Source: Nitrosovibrio sp. Nv4
GTDB taxonomy: Bacteria; Pseudomonadota; Gammaproteobacteria; Burkholderiales; Nitrosomonadaceae
DNA length: 64,000 nt
NCBI GenBank assembly: GCA_945860135.1
Contig: CAMAPK010000005.1
Span: 2,118-66,117, forward strand
Direction: 5' to 3'
Below, one piece after another: positions 32,597 through 40,322 of this stretch. The notes under the pieces were generated by a model. The model made no database searches and was not told the origin of the DNA. It saw nothing but the letters and a program-made list of their open reading frames with translations. How positions within the stretch are numbered: position 1 is the stretch's first letter; each line of letters starts with the position of its first letter. The translations under genes and the position numbers were made by a program.

Positions 32597-32986
32597 ATGC
32601 GCATCCTGCACACCATGCTGCGAGTGGGTGATCTGGAAAAATCCATTATTTTTTACACTGAAATATTGGGGATGAAAGTGTTGCGCCGCAGGGATTATCC
32701 CGAAGGAAAATTCACCCTGGCGTTTGTCGGTTATCAGGATGAAGCAGATGGTGCGGTGCTGGAGTTGACGCACAACTGGGGGGTGGAAAGATATGATCTG
32801 GGTGCGGGTTACGGCCATATCGCCATCGAAGTGGACGACGCCTACCGGGTCTGCGAGGAAGTAAAAAAGCGCGGCGGCAAGATCACGCGCGAAGCGGGGC
32901 CGATGAAACATGGCACCACCGTGATCGCCTTTGCGGAAGATCCGGACGGTTACAAAATAGAGTTCATCCAGAAAAAAATCGTATAA
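32597..32986 (+). CDS. gloA: lactoylglutathione lyase (glyoxalase I)
   Basis: 129 aa. [26 protein letters not shown]...ELTHNWG...[11 protein letters not shown]..., the classic Ni-type GloA sequence. Confidence 0.9.
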   Translation: MRILHTMLRVGDLEKSIIFYTEILGMKVLRRRDYPEGKFTLAFVGYQDEADGAVLELTHNWGVERYDLGAGYGHIAIEVDDAYRVCEEVKKRGGKITREAGPMKHGTTVIAFAEDPDGYKIEFIQKKIV

Positions 32987-33255
32987 GCGCACCGAGGATA
33001 AGCATGACCGAGAGGGATGCGTAACCCTCGCCCCGCTTTCTTGCTACTCGTTTTTCCTCCTGTTCCGACAAGTGTGTTTTTTATTTTCAAGCTGGGGTGA
33101 ATGGCTCGCTGCTGCCGCACTAGGAACGATCATTTCTTCTCCATTGACCAGGGAAGGGAATCATCATGATGCAGAGCAATTTGCTGTGTCACTTCATCAA
33201 GGCGGCGCTTGGCGTGTAGCCGGGGCAGAACTTGCAAGGCTACGGGAAGCGGTTT

Positions 33256-34020
33256 ATGTCAAATGATATGCTGAGCGCCTTCGACGAATACTTCGAAGTC
33301 ATCACTGCCGATACTCCGGAATTGCTGGAACAGGCATTTCGCTTGCGCTACGCAGTGCTGTGCACTGAAGCGCGTCTCCCAGGATTCGAGGCTGCACGCT
33401 ATCCCAACGGGATGGAGACAGACGGCTATGACCGCCACGCTCACCATCTTCTGTTAAAGCATCGTCCCTCGGGTGATTTCATCGGCGGAGCGCGCTTGAT
33501 CTTCCCTGATCCCTCGGACCCGGAAAAGCTTTTTCCTGTCGAGCAGCATACCCAGATCGATCCCGCACTGATCGACATCAGCAAACTGTCGAGGCAGCAT
33601 ATCGCAGAGATCTCACGTTTTATCCTGGTCGGCAGATACTCCAGGCGCAGGGAACAGCGGCGCAGATCGGAAAAGTCGGCAGCGAGTGAAAAGCGTGAGC
33701 CGCTAGATCGGCGACATTTCCCCCATCCGGTGCTGGCAATTGCTGTTGGCATCATCCGTCTGTGTGCCCGCCAAGGCATCACCCACTGGCTCTCGGCGAT
33801 GGAGCCCGCCATGAACAGATTGCTGGGCCACCATGAGCTGCAGCTCGATCCCGTCGGACCACTAATCGATTATCACGGCCCGCGCCGGCCCTATTATGCC
33901 GAGATAGGCAAGGTGCTGGACAGGGCGCACATAAACAATCTCCCAATCTGGGAATTGGTTACCGACCAAGGCAGAATCCTGCCGCCTCCTCCAGTTTACA
34001 CGCCGGATCAAGCGCTGTGA
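33256..34020 (+). CDS. LuxI/GNAT-fold acyltransferase, paralog 1 (PEP-CTERM/exosortase-associated acyltransferase family; candidate long-chain N-acyl amino acid synthase)
   Basis: ORF 33232 trimmed to ATG 33256 (GGGAAG RBS; MSNDMLSAFDEYFEV). LRYAVLC.E, ETDGYDRHAHHLL, AEISRFIL and the basic insert SRRREQRRRSEKS fit my memory of TIGR03694-type proteins. Needs HMM confirmation. Confidence 0.65.
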   Translation: MSNDMLSAFDEYFEVITADTPELLEQAFRLRYAVLCTEARLPGFEAARYPNGMETDGYDRHAHHLLLKHRPSGDFIGGARLIFPDPSDPEKLFPVEQHTQIDPALIDISKLSRQHIAEISRFILVGRYSRRREQRRRSEKSAASEKREPLDRRHFPHPVLAIAVGIIRLCARQGITHWLSAMEPAMNRLLGHHELQLDPVGPLIDYHGPRRPYYAEIGKVLDRAHINNLPIWELVTDQGRILPPPPVYTPDQAL

Positions 34021-34503
34021 CGTCAACGTAGCTGCCGAACCCGGAAAGCGGTTCAGGCAAGAATATTGTCAGTAGACCAGGAGCAGGGGGTAGCCTGCCC
34101 GCATAAAAATTATGACAATAGTTTTCAAACTTGAATCTCCGTTCCCGTTTCTGGCAAATGCAATTTGGAAAAAGGGGTGGTTTGCCCCGCAGTTCTTCAC
34201 TTGGAAATTTCCCCGGATGGTTAAACTGAATCCACAAGAGCCCGCGACTGGAGCAGGTTTTCTGCAAATCACCTTAAAGTTTTAGTGCGGGTGTCCGAAA
34301 AATAGGGAGCAGTAGAATGAGCCTCGATCAGGTTCTTCACCAGAATTCATGGACGCATAAGTTTAATCGTACATGGGCCATCCTGGTGCGAATCCGGACT
34401 TGCACGACTTGGAAGACGGGCTTGCGGAGGGTGTTCAATTGATCGGCGATTTCCCGGGATTCACGGTCAGACAGATTCCGTCCGCATATTTTTGTCCTCT
34501 CAT

Positions 34504-34559
34504 ATTCCTACAGAAGAATAAGCAAATTCCTACAGCAGAACATGGACCCATCCAGCACA
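34504..34559 (+). promoter_or_regulatory. direct-repeat box, copy A (ATTCCTACA-N13-ATTCCTACA-N15-ATCCAGCACA), 172 nt upstream of paralog 2
   Basis: ATTCCTACAGAAGAATAAGCAAATTCCTACAGCAGAACATGGACCCATCCAGCACA. Near-identical boxes at 50176 and 50811. The function is inferred, not demonstrated. Confidence 0.6.
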
Positions 34560-34731
34560 ATCACTCCTCGAATTGTTGTTAAGCAAGTGGAGACAGGAAT
34601 GGCGCAGTCAAGCCCCAAAATTACTGCAGGTGGATTGACTAGAATGTTGAGTCGGTATGATCTGAATGGCGCACTCTGGTGCGAACTCCGCGCTGGTTCA
34701 AAGGTTATTCAAGGTTAGTGGGAGAAAATAT

Positions 34732-35586
34732 ATGCCAAATGATATGCTGAACGCTTTCGACGAATATTTCGAAGTCGTCATTGCCGATACCCCGGAATTA
34801 TTGGAACAAGCATTCCGCCTGCGCTACACAGTGCTGTGTATTGAAGAGCGTGCTCCAGGGTTTGAAGCTGCACGCTACCCCGACGGGCTGGAAACAGACG
34901 AGTATGACCGTCATGCTCACCATCTTTTGTTAAAGCATCGTCCAACCGATACCTTCATAGGTGGCGCGCGCTTGGTATTTCCTGACCCATCAAATCCCGG
35001 AAAGCCATTTCCTGTCGAGCAGCATACTCAGATCGATCCCGCATTGATCGACATCAGCAAACTGCCGAGGCAGCATACCGTAGAAATCTCACGTTTTATC
35101 CTGGTAGGCAAATATTCCAGACGCAGAGAAGAGCGGCGCAGAGCCGAGTCTCGGGCCGCTGGCGAAAAGCGCGACCCAGGCAACCGGCGGCGTTTCCCCC
35201 ATCCGATGCTGGCGATTTCTGTTGGCATCATACGCATGTGTATCCGCCAAGGTATCACTCACTGGTTCTCAATAATGGAGCCTTCCTTGAATAGATTGCT
35301 GGGTTTCTACGAACTGCAGCTTAACCCTATCGGACCACTAGTCGATTGTCACGGACCGCGCCGGCCCTATTATGCTGAGATAAGCAAAGTGCTGGACAGG
35401 TTGTACGCAAGCAATCACCCAATCTGGGAGCTGGTTACCGACCAAGGTAGAGTCCGGCCGCTTTCCCCAATTTGCTCCCCCGATCAAACGCTTAATGCAA
35501 GCATGGTCGCCGAATCCGGAAAAAGCAGTGCATTGAGCAATCTGTTCCGGCCCCAGATGCAAGTAGAAGAAAGCATAGGTAAATAG
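34732..35586 (+). CDS. LuxI/GNAT-fold acyltransferase, paralog 2 (same family as 33256..34020)
   Basis: ORF 34666 trimmed to ATG 34732 (GGGAGAAAATAT-ATG; MPNDMLNAFDEYFEV). Roughly three quarters identical to paralog 1 by eye, plus a ~30-aa C-terminal extension. Confidence 0.65.
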   Translation: MPNDMLNAFDEYFEVVIADTPELLEQAFRLRYTVLCIEERAPGFEAARYPDGLETDEYDRHAHHLLLKHRPTDTFIGGARLVFPDPSNPGKPFPVEQHTQIDPALIDISKLPRQHTVEISRFILVGKYSRRREERRRAESRAAGEKRDPGNRRRFPHPMLAISVGIIRMCIRQGITHWFSIMEPSLNRLLGFYELQLNPIGPLVDCHGPRRPYYAEISKVLDRLYASNHPIWELVTDQGRVRPLSPICSPDQTLNASMVAESGKSSALSNLFRPQMQVEESIGK

Positions 35587-36050
35587 TGACATTGCCAACC
35601 AAAAAAATGATTAGTCGCAGTTGCCGCTTTGTCCTGTCGCTGACCCTACTGCTCGGGATGCTATCTGCTATTGGGGTGGCGCGGGCACACGAGCATTATG
35701 AGGTCGTGGTTAACAGCAGTGTCACTACGCGCAGCCTTCCCGTCAATTCCGTGCGTGCCATTTTCGGCATGCGCCAGCAGGCCTGGCCGGACGGCACACC
35801 GATAAAAGTCTTCGTGCTGGCCGACGACGCGCCGTTGCACGATTCCTTCTGCAAAGAAAAGCTGAGTGCCTTTCCCTACCAGTTACGTCAGGCCTGGGAC
35901 CGGCTGGTTTTTTCCGGTACCGGCCAGGCGCCGATTAGAGTGTCTTCGAGCGAGGAAATGTTTAGCAGAGTTGCCAGCACACCCGGGGCGATCGGTTATT
36001 TAGAAAAATCAAAAATCAGTGAGCGTATCAATGTCCTCCAGATCAAATAG
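35586..36050 (+). CDS. small periplasmic PstS/PBP-like protein
   Basis: 154 aa. GTG 35586 overlaps the upstream TAG by 1 nt (ATG 35607 is an alternative). Signal peptide, then ...STPGAIGYLEKSKI..., the C-terminal hallmark of phosphate-binding-protein-like domains. Only about half the length of a full PBP. Confidence 0.55.
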   Translation: MTLPTKKMISRSCRFVLSLTLLLGMLSAIGVARAHEHYEVVVNSSVTTRSLPVNSVRAIFGMRQQAWPDGTPIKVFVLADDAPLHDSFCKEKLSAFPYQLRQAWDRLVFSGTGQAPIRVSSSEEMFSRVASTPGAIGYLEKSKISERINVLQIK

Positions 36051-37338
36051 CCGCGCGAATAACCCGCGCACCAAGGTAGCCAAACTGATCGCTATGTTGG
36101 CCATGGCGTGGAACTTGCCTGCACAATCTCAAGTGCTGCCCGACACTATAAAAATCCCCGATTTTTTAAGCGCGACCGCAGCGCGGATGAGCGCACTGAA
36201 ACTGCCCGACACCGTGCAGGTCCATGGTTTTGCCACCCAGGGTTATTTGAACTCCACGGGGAATAATAATGTCTTTGGAAACAGTAACCAGGATAGCGGC
36301 AGCTTTGGTTTCAGGGAAGTGGGGCTCAACGCTTCGATACAGCTAAGGCCCAACCTGCTGATCTCGGCGCAGGGACTCCATCGCCATGCCGGCGTGGGCA
36401 GCCAGGATATTCGTCTCGATTACGGAGTGGTCGATTACAAGGCATATTCCGGCGAAAACAGCCAATTCGGCATACGCCTGGGCAGGATAAAAAATCCGCT
36501 CGGTTTCTACAACGAGACGCGCGATGTCGCACATACGCGGCCGAGCATCATGTTGCCCCAATCGATTTACTTTGATCGCACCCGCAACCTGGCGATGGCA
36601 GCAGACGGCGGCCATGTCTATGGCGAGACGCGTACCAGCAAGGGAGATTTTTTCTATCAGTTCGGCGTAGTCATGCCATATGTTAGTGGCGTAACTACCG
36701 AGGCGGCCATATTTGGCAGTGATCGAGCAGGGCACTTGACCTCGCAAGTGTCGTATATCGGACGCGGGATATATGAGTATGATGGCGGGCGTGTCCGTTT
36801 GGCAGTCAGCGGAGCGCAGACGAATGTAGGTTATGATCGGGGAGCCGACCCTGCGCTACGTTCGGGCCAAGTTCAATTCACACCTATTATTTTCTCCGCG
36901 CAATATAATGCCGAGCGCTGGAGCCTCACTTCCGAATACGCCATCCGCCACACTGTATCTAACAACTTTGGCCCGGGCTCACCTAATTCGGCAATTACCG
37001 GCGAGAGCTACTACTTCCAGGGTATCTATCGCTTTACCCCAAAGTGGGAAGGCGTGATACGCTACGATGCGCTGTATTCAAACAGAGATGACCGTCACGG
37101 AAGTGCGTGGGCCTCTGCAAGTCCCGCCACACGTGATTCACATAGCCGCTTTGCCAAGGACATAACTACAGGTATCCGCTGGAATGTTACCCAGTCGTTC
37201 ATGCTGGCCGCAGAGCATCACTATGTCAACGGTACTGCCTGGCTCGCGCCGCTGGATAACCCCGGTGCCAGTAGCCCCGCAGGCCATCACGCCCAGCACT
37301 GGCATCTGTTCGCGGTGCAGGGTTCCTTCCGATTTTAA
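36031..37338 (+). CDS. outer-membrane beta-barrel (porin-like) protein
   Basis: ORF 36019 (GTG) trimmed to ATG 36031. Signal peptide ...AMAWNLPAQSQ, alternating-residue strands throughout, and terminal ...AVQGSFRF with a C-terminal Phe, typical of OMPs. Overlaps the previous gene by 20 nt. Confidence 0.55.
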   Translation: MSSRSNSRANNPRTKVAKLIAMLAMAWNLPAQSQVLPDTIKIPDFLSATAARMSALKLPDTVQVHGFATQGYLNSTGNNNVFGNSNQDSGSFGFREVGLNASIQLRPNLLISAQGLHRHAGVGSQDIRLDYGVVDYKAYSGENSQFGIRLGRIKNPLGFYNETRDVAHTRPSIMLPQSIYFDRTRNLAMAADGGHVYGETRTSKGDFFYQFGVVMPYVSGVTTEAAIFGSDRAGHLTSQVSYIGRGIYEYDGGRVRLAVSGAQTNVGYDRGADPALRSGQVQFTPIIFSAQYNAERWSLTSEYAIRHTVSNNFGPGSPNSAITGESYYFQGIYRFTPKWEGVIRYDALYSNRDDRHGSAWASASPATRDSHSRFAKDITTGIRWNVTQSFMLAAEHHYVNGTAWLAPLDNPGASSPAGHHAQHWHLFAVQGSFRF

Positions 37339-40287
37339 ATGGCCATCCTGATAGAACACGACTCTCAGGAAGGCACGGTTCCATCCAAGGGCGCTCGCTT
37401 CGGGCTGCACAAATTTCTAGGCTTGAAATGGAAAGTCTTGCTGCTGAGCAGCTTGATTCTGTTTGCCATCGTAACTTTATTTACCGTAATCAGTTACCGG
37501 ATTCTAATAACCAATTTCGAAAGTCAAAGCGAGGCGCAATACCAGCGCTATATCAAGGAAGTTGAAGGCCTGATTGGACAGACCTCGCAGAATCTGCATC
37601 AGCTTGCCGGCTTGACTCCTTTCCTGAAGGGCATGGACAGCGGGCTGCTCGCAAGTGACGGAATAAGCATCACCAATGCATTCGACCTGCATTGGGCATC
37701 ATTGCAGTTGCATAACGGCATCCATCTGGTGCGCTTTTACGACAAGTCAAACCAGCGCATGGCAAGCTGGGGGGCCACTGAATTCAATCGTCACAAGGAA
37801 GATGAGATACTGGCATGGGTTAAAGAGGTCAATAGCCGGGAACAGCCTATCAGCCCGCTGAGCTGTGCCGAAAACTGCGTGCAATACGCCGTTGAACCCC
37901 TGCTGGTAGAGGGTAGAAGTGTTGGTGTCATAGTTATCGGAGCTTCCCTGGTTGACGCGGTGCTGGGCTTTGAGAATATCGCAGGTGCTGATATCGGCCT
38001 GCTTGTCAGGGAACAAAGCGGCACACCGGCGGATATTGGTAACGGCATGCGAATTCCGGGCTGGAATGCGCGCATAGCGGCACTTACCAATAGCACAGCA
38101 AATCTTCCCCTTCTCAAGCAAGCGGCAGCGAAACACTCAAGCCTTGATGAGCTGGGAAAAGGTGTTGAACTCACCTGGGAGGATCGTCACTACCAACTAA
38201 GGCAGTTGCCGCTGCGAGGGATAGCTGCATCCTCCGGGGCACGGTTGGTAGCTATCACTGATACCACCACTACGGTCGACGCCATTCGCAATTCGACCCA
38301 GCAGAATGTGGTGATAGGCCTGCTGGGCTTGCTGCTCTCGGAATTCCTGTTATTTGTCATTCTTACCAAGCCGCTGTCACGGCTGAAACACATAGTCTTC
38401 AGCTTGCCGCTCCTGGCTCAAAGCGATTTCAAGAACTTCCGCAGCGCACTTCTTTCCGCCGATCAGAAACAGTGGCTGAAAGATGAAATAGACCTGCTGG
38501 ATGAGACGGCAGCAGCGCTGTCTTATCAACTTGAGACACTTGAGGGCCAGATTGCTGACCGGACAGAGGCATTGGCCAGGCAGATGAGCGAGCTGAGCAA
38601 GGAAAGAGACTTTGTTGCACACTTGCTCGATATGGCGCAGGTGATTGTGATTACACAAAATGCCAGTGCCGAAATCATCTCGCTCAATGCCCATGGCGAA
38701 AAGATTATTCAATATGCGGAAAAGGACTTGAAGGGCAGGCCTTTCATTGATCTGCTGGTGCTGGAAGACGATCTGCATGATCTGCCTCCCCGGCTCGAGG
38801 AAATATGCCTGGAACAAAGGGAGCAGTTGCGGCATGAGACCACCACCCAGTGTAAAGATGGCACGGTACGGCATATCGTCTGGCTGCATTCCCGTCTTAA
38901 CCGGCACTCCCCAAACGACCCGGCAGTATTATCGGTAGGCCTTGATATCACCGAACACAAGCAAGCGGAAGGCCGCCTGGCCTGGCTGGCGGACCATGAT
39001 CCGCTGACCCATTTATTCAACCGCCGCCGCTTTCAGGAAGAACTGGAACGGATACTCAACCTGGCGACGCGTTATCAGCGCCCAGGCGCGCTGCTTTTCT
39101 TCGATCTGGATCAGTTCAAATATATTAACGATACCAGCGGACACCAGGCAGGCGATACTCTGCTCAAGACGGTTGCAACCATGCTGTTACGCGCCGTGCG
39201 CAATGTCGATATAATCGGACGCTTGGGCGGGGACGAATTTGCAGTGCTGCTGCCTGAAACCTCGGCGGCAGGAGCGATTACGGTAACAAAATCCATTCTC
39301 GAGCTATTGGGCGAGGCGCGGCTGACCGTGGACGACCGGACTCACAAGGCCTCCGCCAGCATCGGCATCGCACTCTTTCCGGAGCATGGCAATGATGTGC
39401 ATGAGCTGTTGGCTGCAGCAGATCTGGCCATGTACCAGGCCAAGGAAGCAGGGCGCGGCGGCTATCACCTATACTCCGAAGAGGACAAGAGTCGCGAGCG
39501 CATGCATAACCTGGTCCACTGGAAAGAAAAGATTGAGCATGCTCTCCTCAATGATCGCTTCGTCCTCTACTTCCAGCCTATTATGCATGTTCAGAGCAGC
39601 ACCCTCAGTCATTGCGAGGCACTGCTGCGCATGCTTGACGACGATGGAACGGTGCTTGCACCGGCTGCCTTCATCTCCGCGGCAGAGCGTACCGGTCTTA
39701 TTCACGAGATTGACCATATGGTGTTGCGTAAAGTCATCGCCCAGGCCGCTAGCGTCAATCTCAACCATAATGGGCAGCGGATTAATTTCTCGATCAACTT
39801 GTCCGCGCATGCGTTTAATGACCCGAGGCTATTGCAGACTCTGGATGAGGCGCTTGCGGAGAATGCGGCAGACCCCACGGATTTCCTGTTTGAAATAACC
39901 GAGACGGCGGCATTGGAAGACATGCCCGCAGCACGCAAACTCATAGAGACAATCAGAGCGCTGGGGTGCCGTTTTGCACTGGATGATTTTGGCGTCGGTT
40001 TCTCTTCTTTTGGTTACATCAAACAACTTCCCATCGATGTGGTGAAGATCGACGGGTCATTTATTAAGAACCTGGCCACCAGTCCCGATGACCGGATTCT
40101 GGTAAAGGCCTTGTGTGATGTGGCGCGAGGATTTGGCAAGAAAACCACGGCCGAGTTTGTAGAGAATGCAGAGACCCTCTCCTTGCTGGGGGAACTGCAG
40201 GTAGATTATGCGCAGGGCTATTTTGTCGGCAAGCCCGTGCCGGCGGGCGAGTCGTTCTTTAAGCATCTGCTAAAAACCAGCAGCTGA
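37339..40287 (+). CDS. membrane sensor diguanylate cyclase/phosphodiesterase (periplasmic domain-HAMP/coiled coil-PAS-GGDEF-EAL)
   Basis: 982 aa. The ATG directly follows the OMP TAA. Two TM helices flank a ~270-aa periplasmic region. PAS block, RNVD I-site plus RLGGDEFAVLL, then an EAL domain (YFQPI, CEALLRM, FEITE, DDFGVG). Confidence 0.9.
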   Translation: MAILIEHDSQEGTVPSKGARFGLHKFLGLKWKVLLLSSLILFAIVTLFTVISYRILITNFESQSEAQYQRYIKEVEGLIGQTSQNLHQLAGLTPFLKGMDSGLLASDGISITNAFDLHWASLQLHNGIHLVRFYDKSNQRMASWGATEFNRHKEDEILAWVKEVNSREQPISPLSCAENCVQYAVEPLLVEGRSVGVIVIGASLVDAVLGFENIAGADIGLLVREQSGTPADIGNGMRIPGWNARIAALTNSTANLPLLKQAAAKHSSLDELGKGVELTWEDRHYQLRQLPLRGIAASSGARLVAITDTTTTVDAIRNSTQQNVVIGLLGLLLSEFLLFVILTKPLSRLKHIVFSLPLLAQSDFKNFRSALLSADQKQWLKDEIDLLDETAAALSYQLETLEGQIADRTEALARQMSELSKERDFVAHLLDMAQVIVITQNASAEIISLNAHGEKIIQYAEKDLKGRPFIDLLVLEDDLHDLPPRLEEICLEQREQLRHETTTQCKDGTVRHIVWLHSRLNRHSPNDPAVLSVGLDITEHKQAEGRLAWLADHDPLTHLFNRRRFQEELERILNLATRYQRPGALLFFDLDQFKYINDTSGHQAGDTLLKTVATMLLRAVRNVDIIGRLGGDEFAVLLPETSAAGAITVTKSILELLGEARLTVDDRTHKASASIGIALFPEHGNDVHELLAAADLAMYQAKEAGRGGYHLYSEEDKSRERMHNLVHWKEKIEHALLNDRFVLYFQPIMHVQSSTLSHCEALLRMLDDDGTVLAPAAFISAAERTGLIHEIDHMVLRKVIAQAASVNLNHNGQRINFSINLSAHAFNDPRLLQTLDEALAENAADPTDFLFEITETAALEDMPAARKLIETIRALGCRFALDDFGVGFSSFGYIKQLPIDVVKIDGSFIKNLATSPDDRILVKALCDVARGFGKKTTAEFVENAETLSLLGELQVDYAQGYFVGKPVPAGESFFKHLLKTSS

Positions 40288-40322
40288 TTTATTTCAGAGC
40301 CTTAGGCAGTGGTTTTGAAATC

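Noticed and set aside
34100-34260. Possible c-di-GMP riboswitch (GEMM) in the spacer (GGCAAATGCAATTTGGAAAAAGGGGTGGTTTGCCCC)
   Set aside because: There is only a GGCAAA and a small hairpin. I could not recognise the paired P1/P2 architecture or the conserved tetraloop-receptor features, and the orientation and distance to any gene do not fit.
33959-34272. Minus-strand ORFs 33959..34267 (102 aa) and 34069..34272 (67 aa) in the spacer between the acyltransferase paralogs
   Set aside because: The first overlaps the 3' end of paralog 1. Neither has an RBS I could see, a signal or TM segment, or a PEP-CTERM-type C-terminus. I kept the region as non-coding with an open question instead.
34590-34690. 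Sigma-54-like TGGC...TGC elements (TGGCGCAGTCAAGCC at ~34599 and TGGCGCACTCTGGTGCG at ~34668) downstream of repeat box A
   Set aside because: The GG-to-GC spacing is off by one nucleotide in each case (11 and 13 instead of 12). No comparable element follows boxes B and C, so an enhancer-binding-protein/RpoN promoter is not supported.
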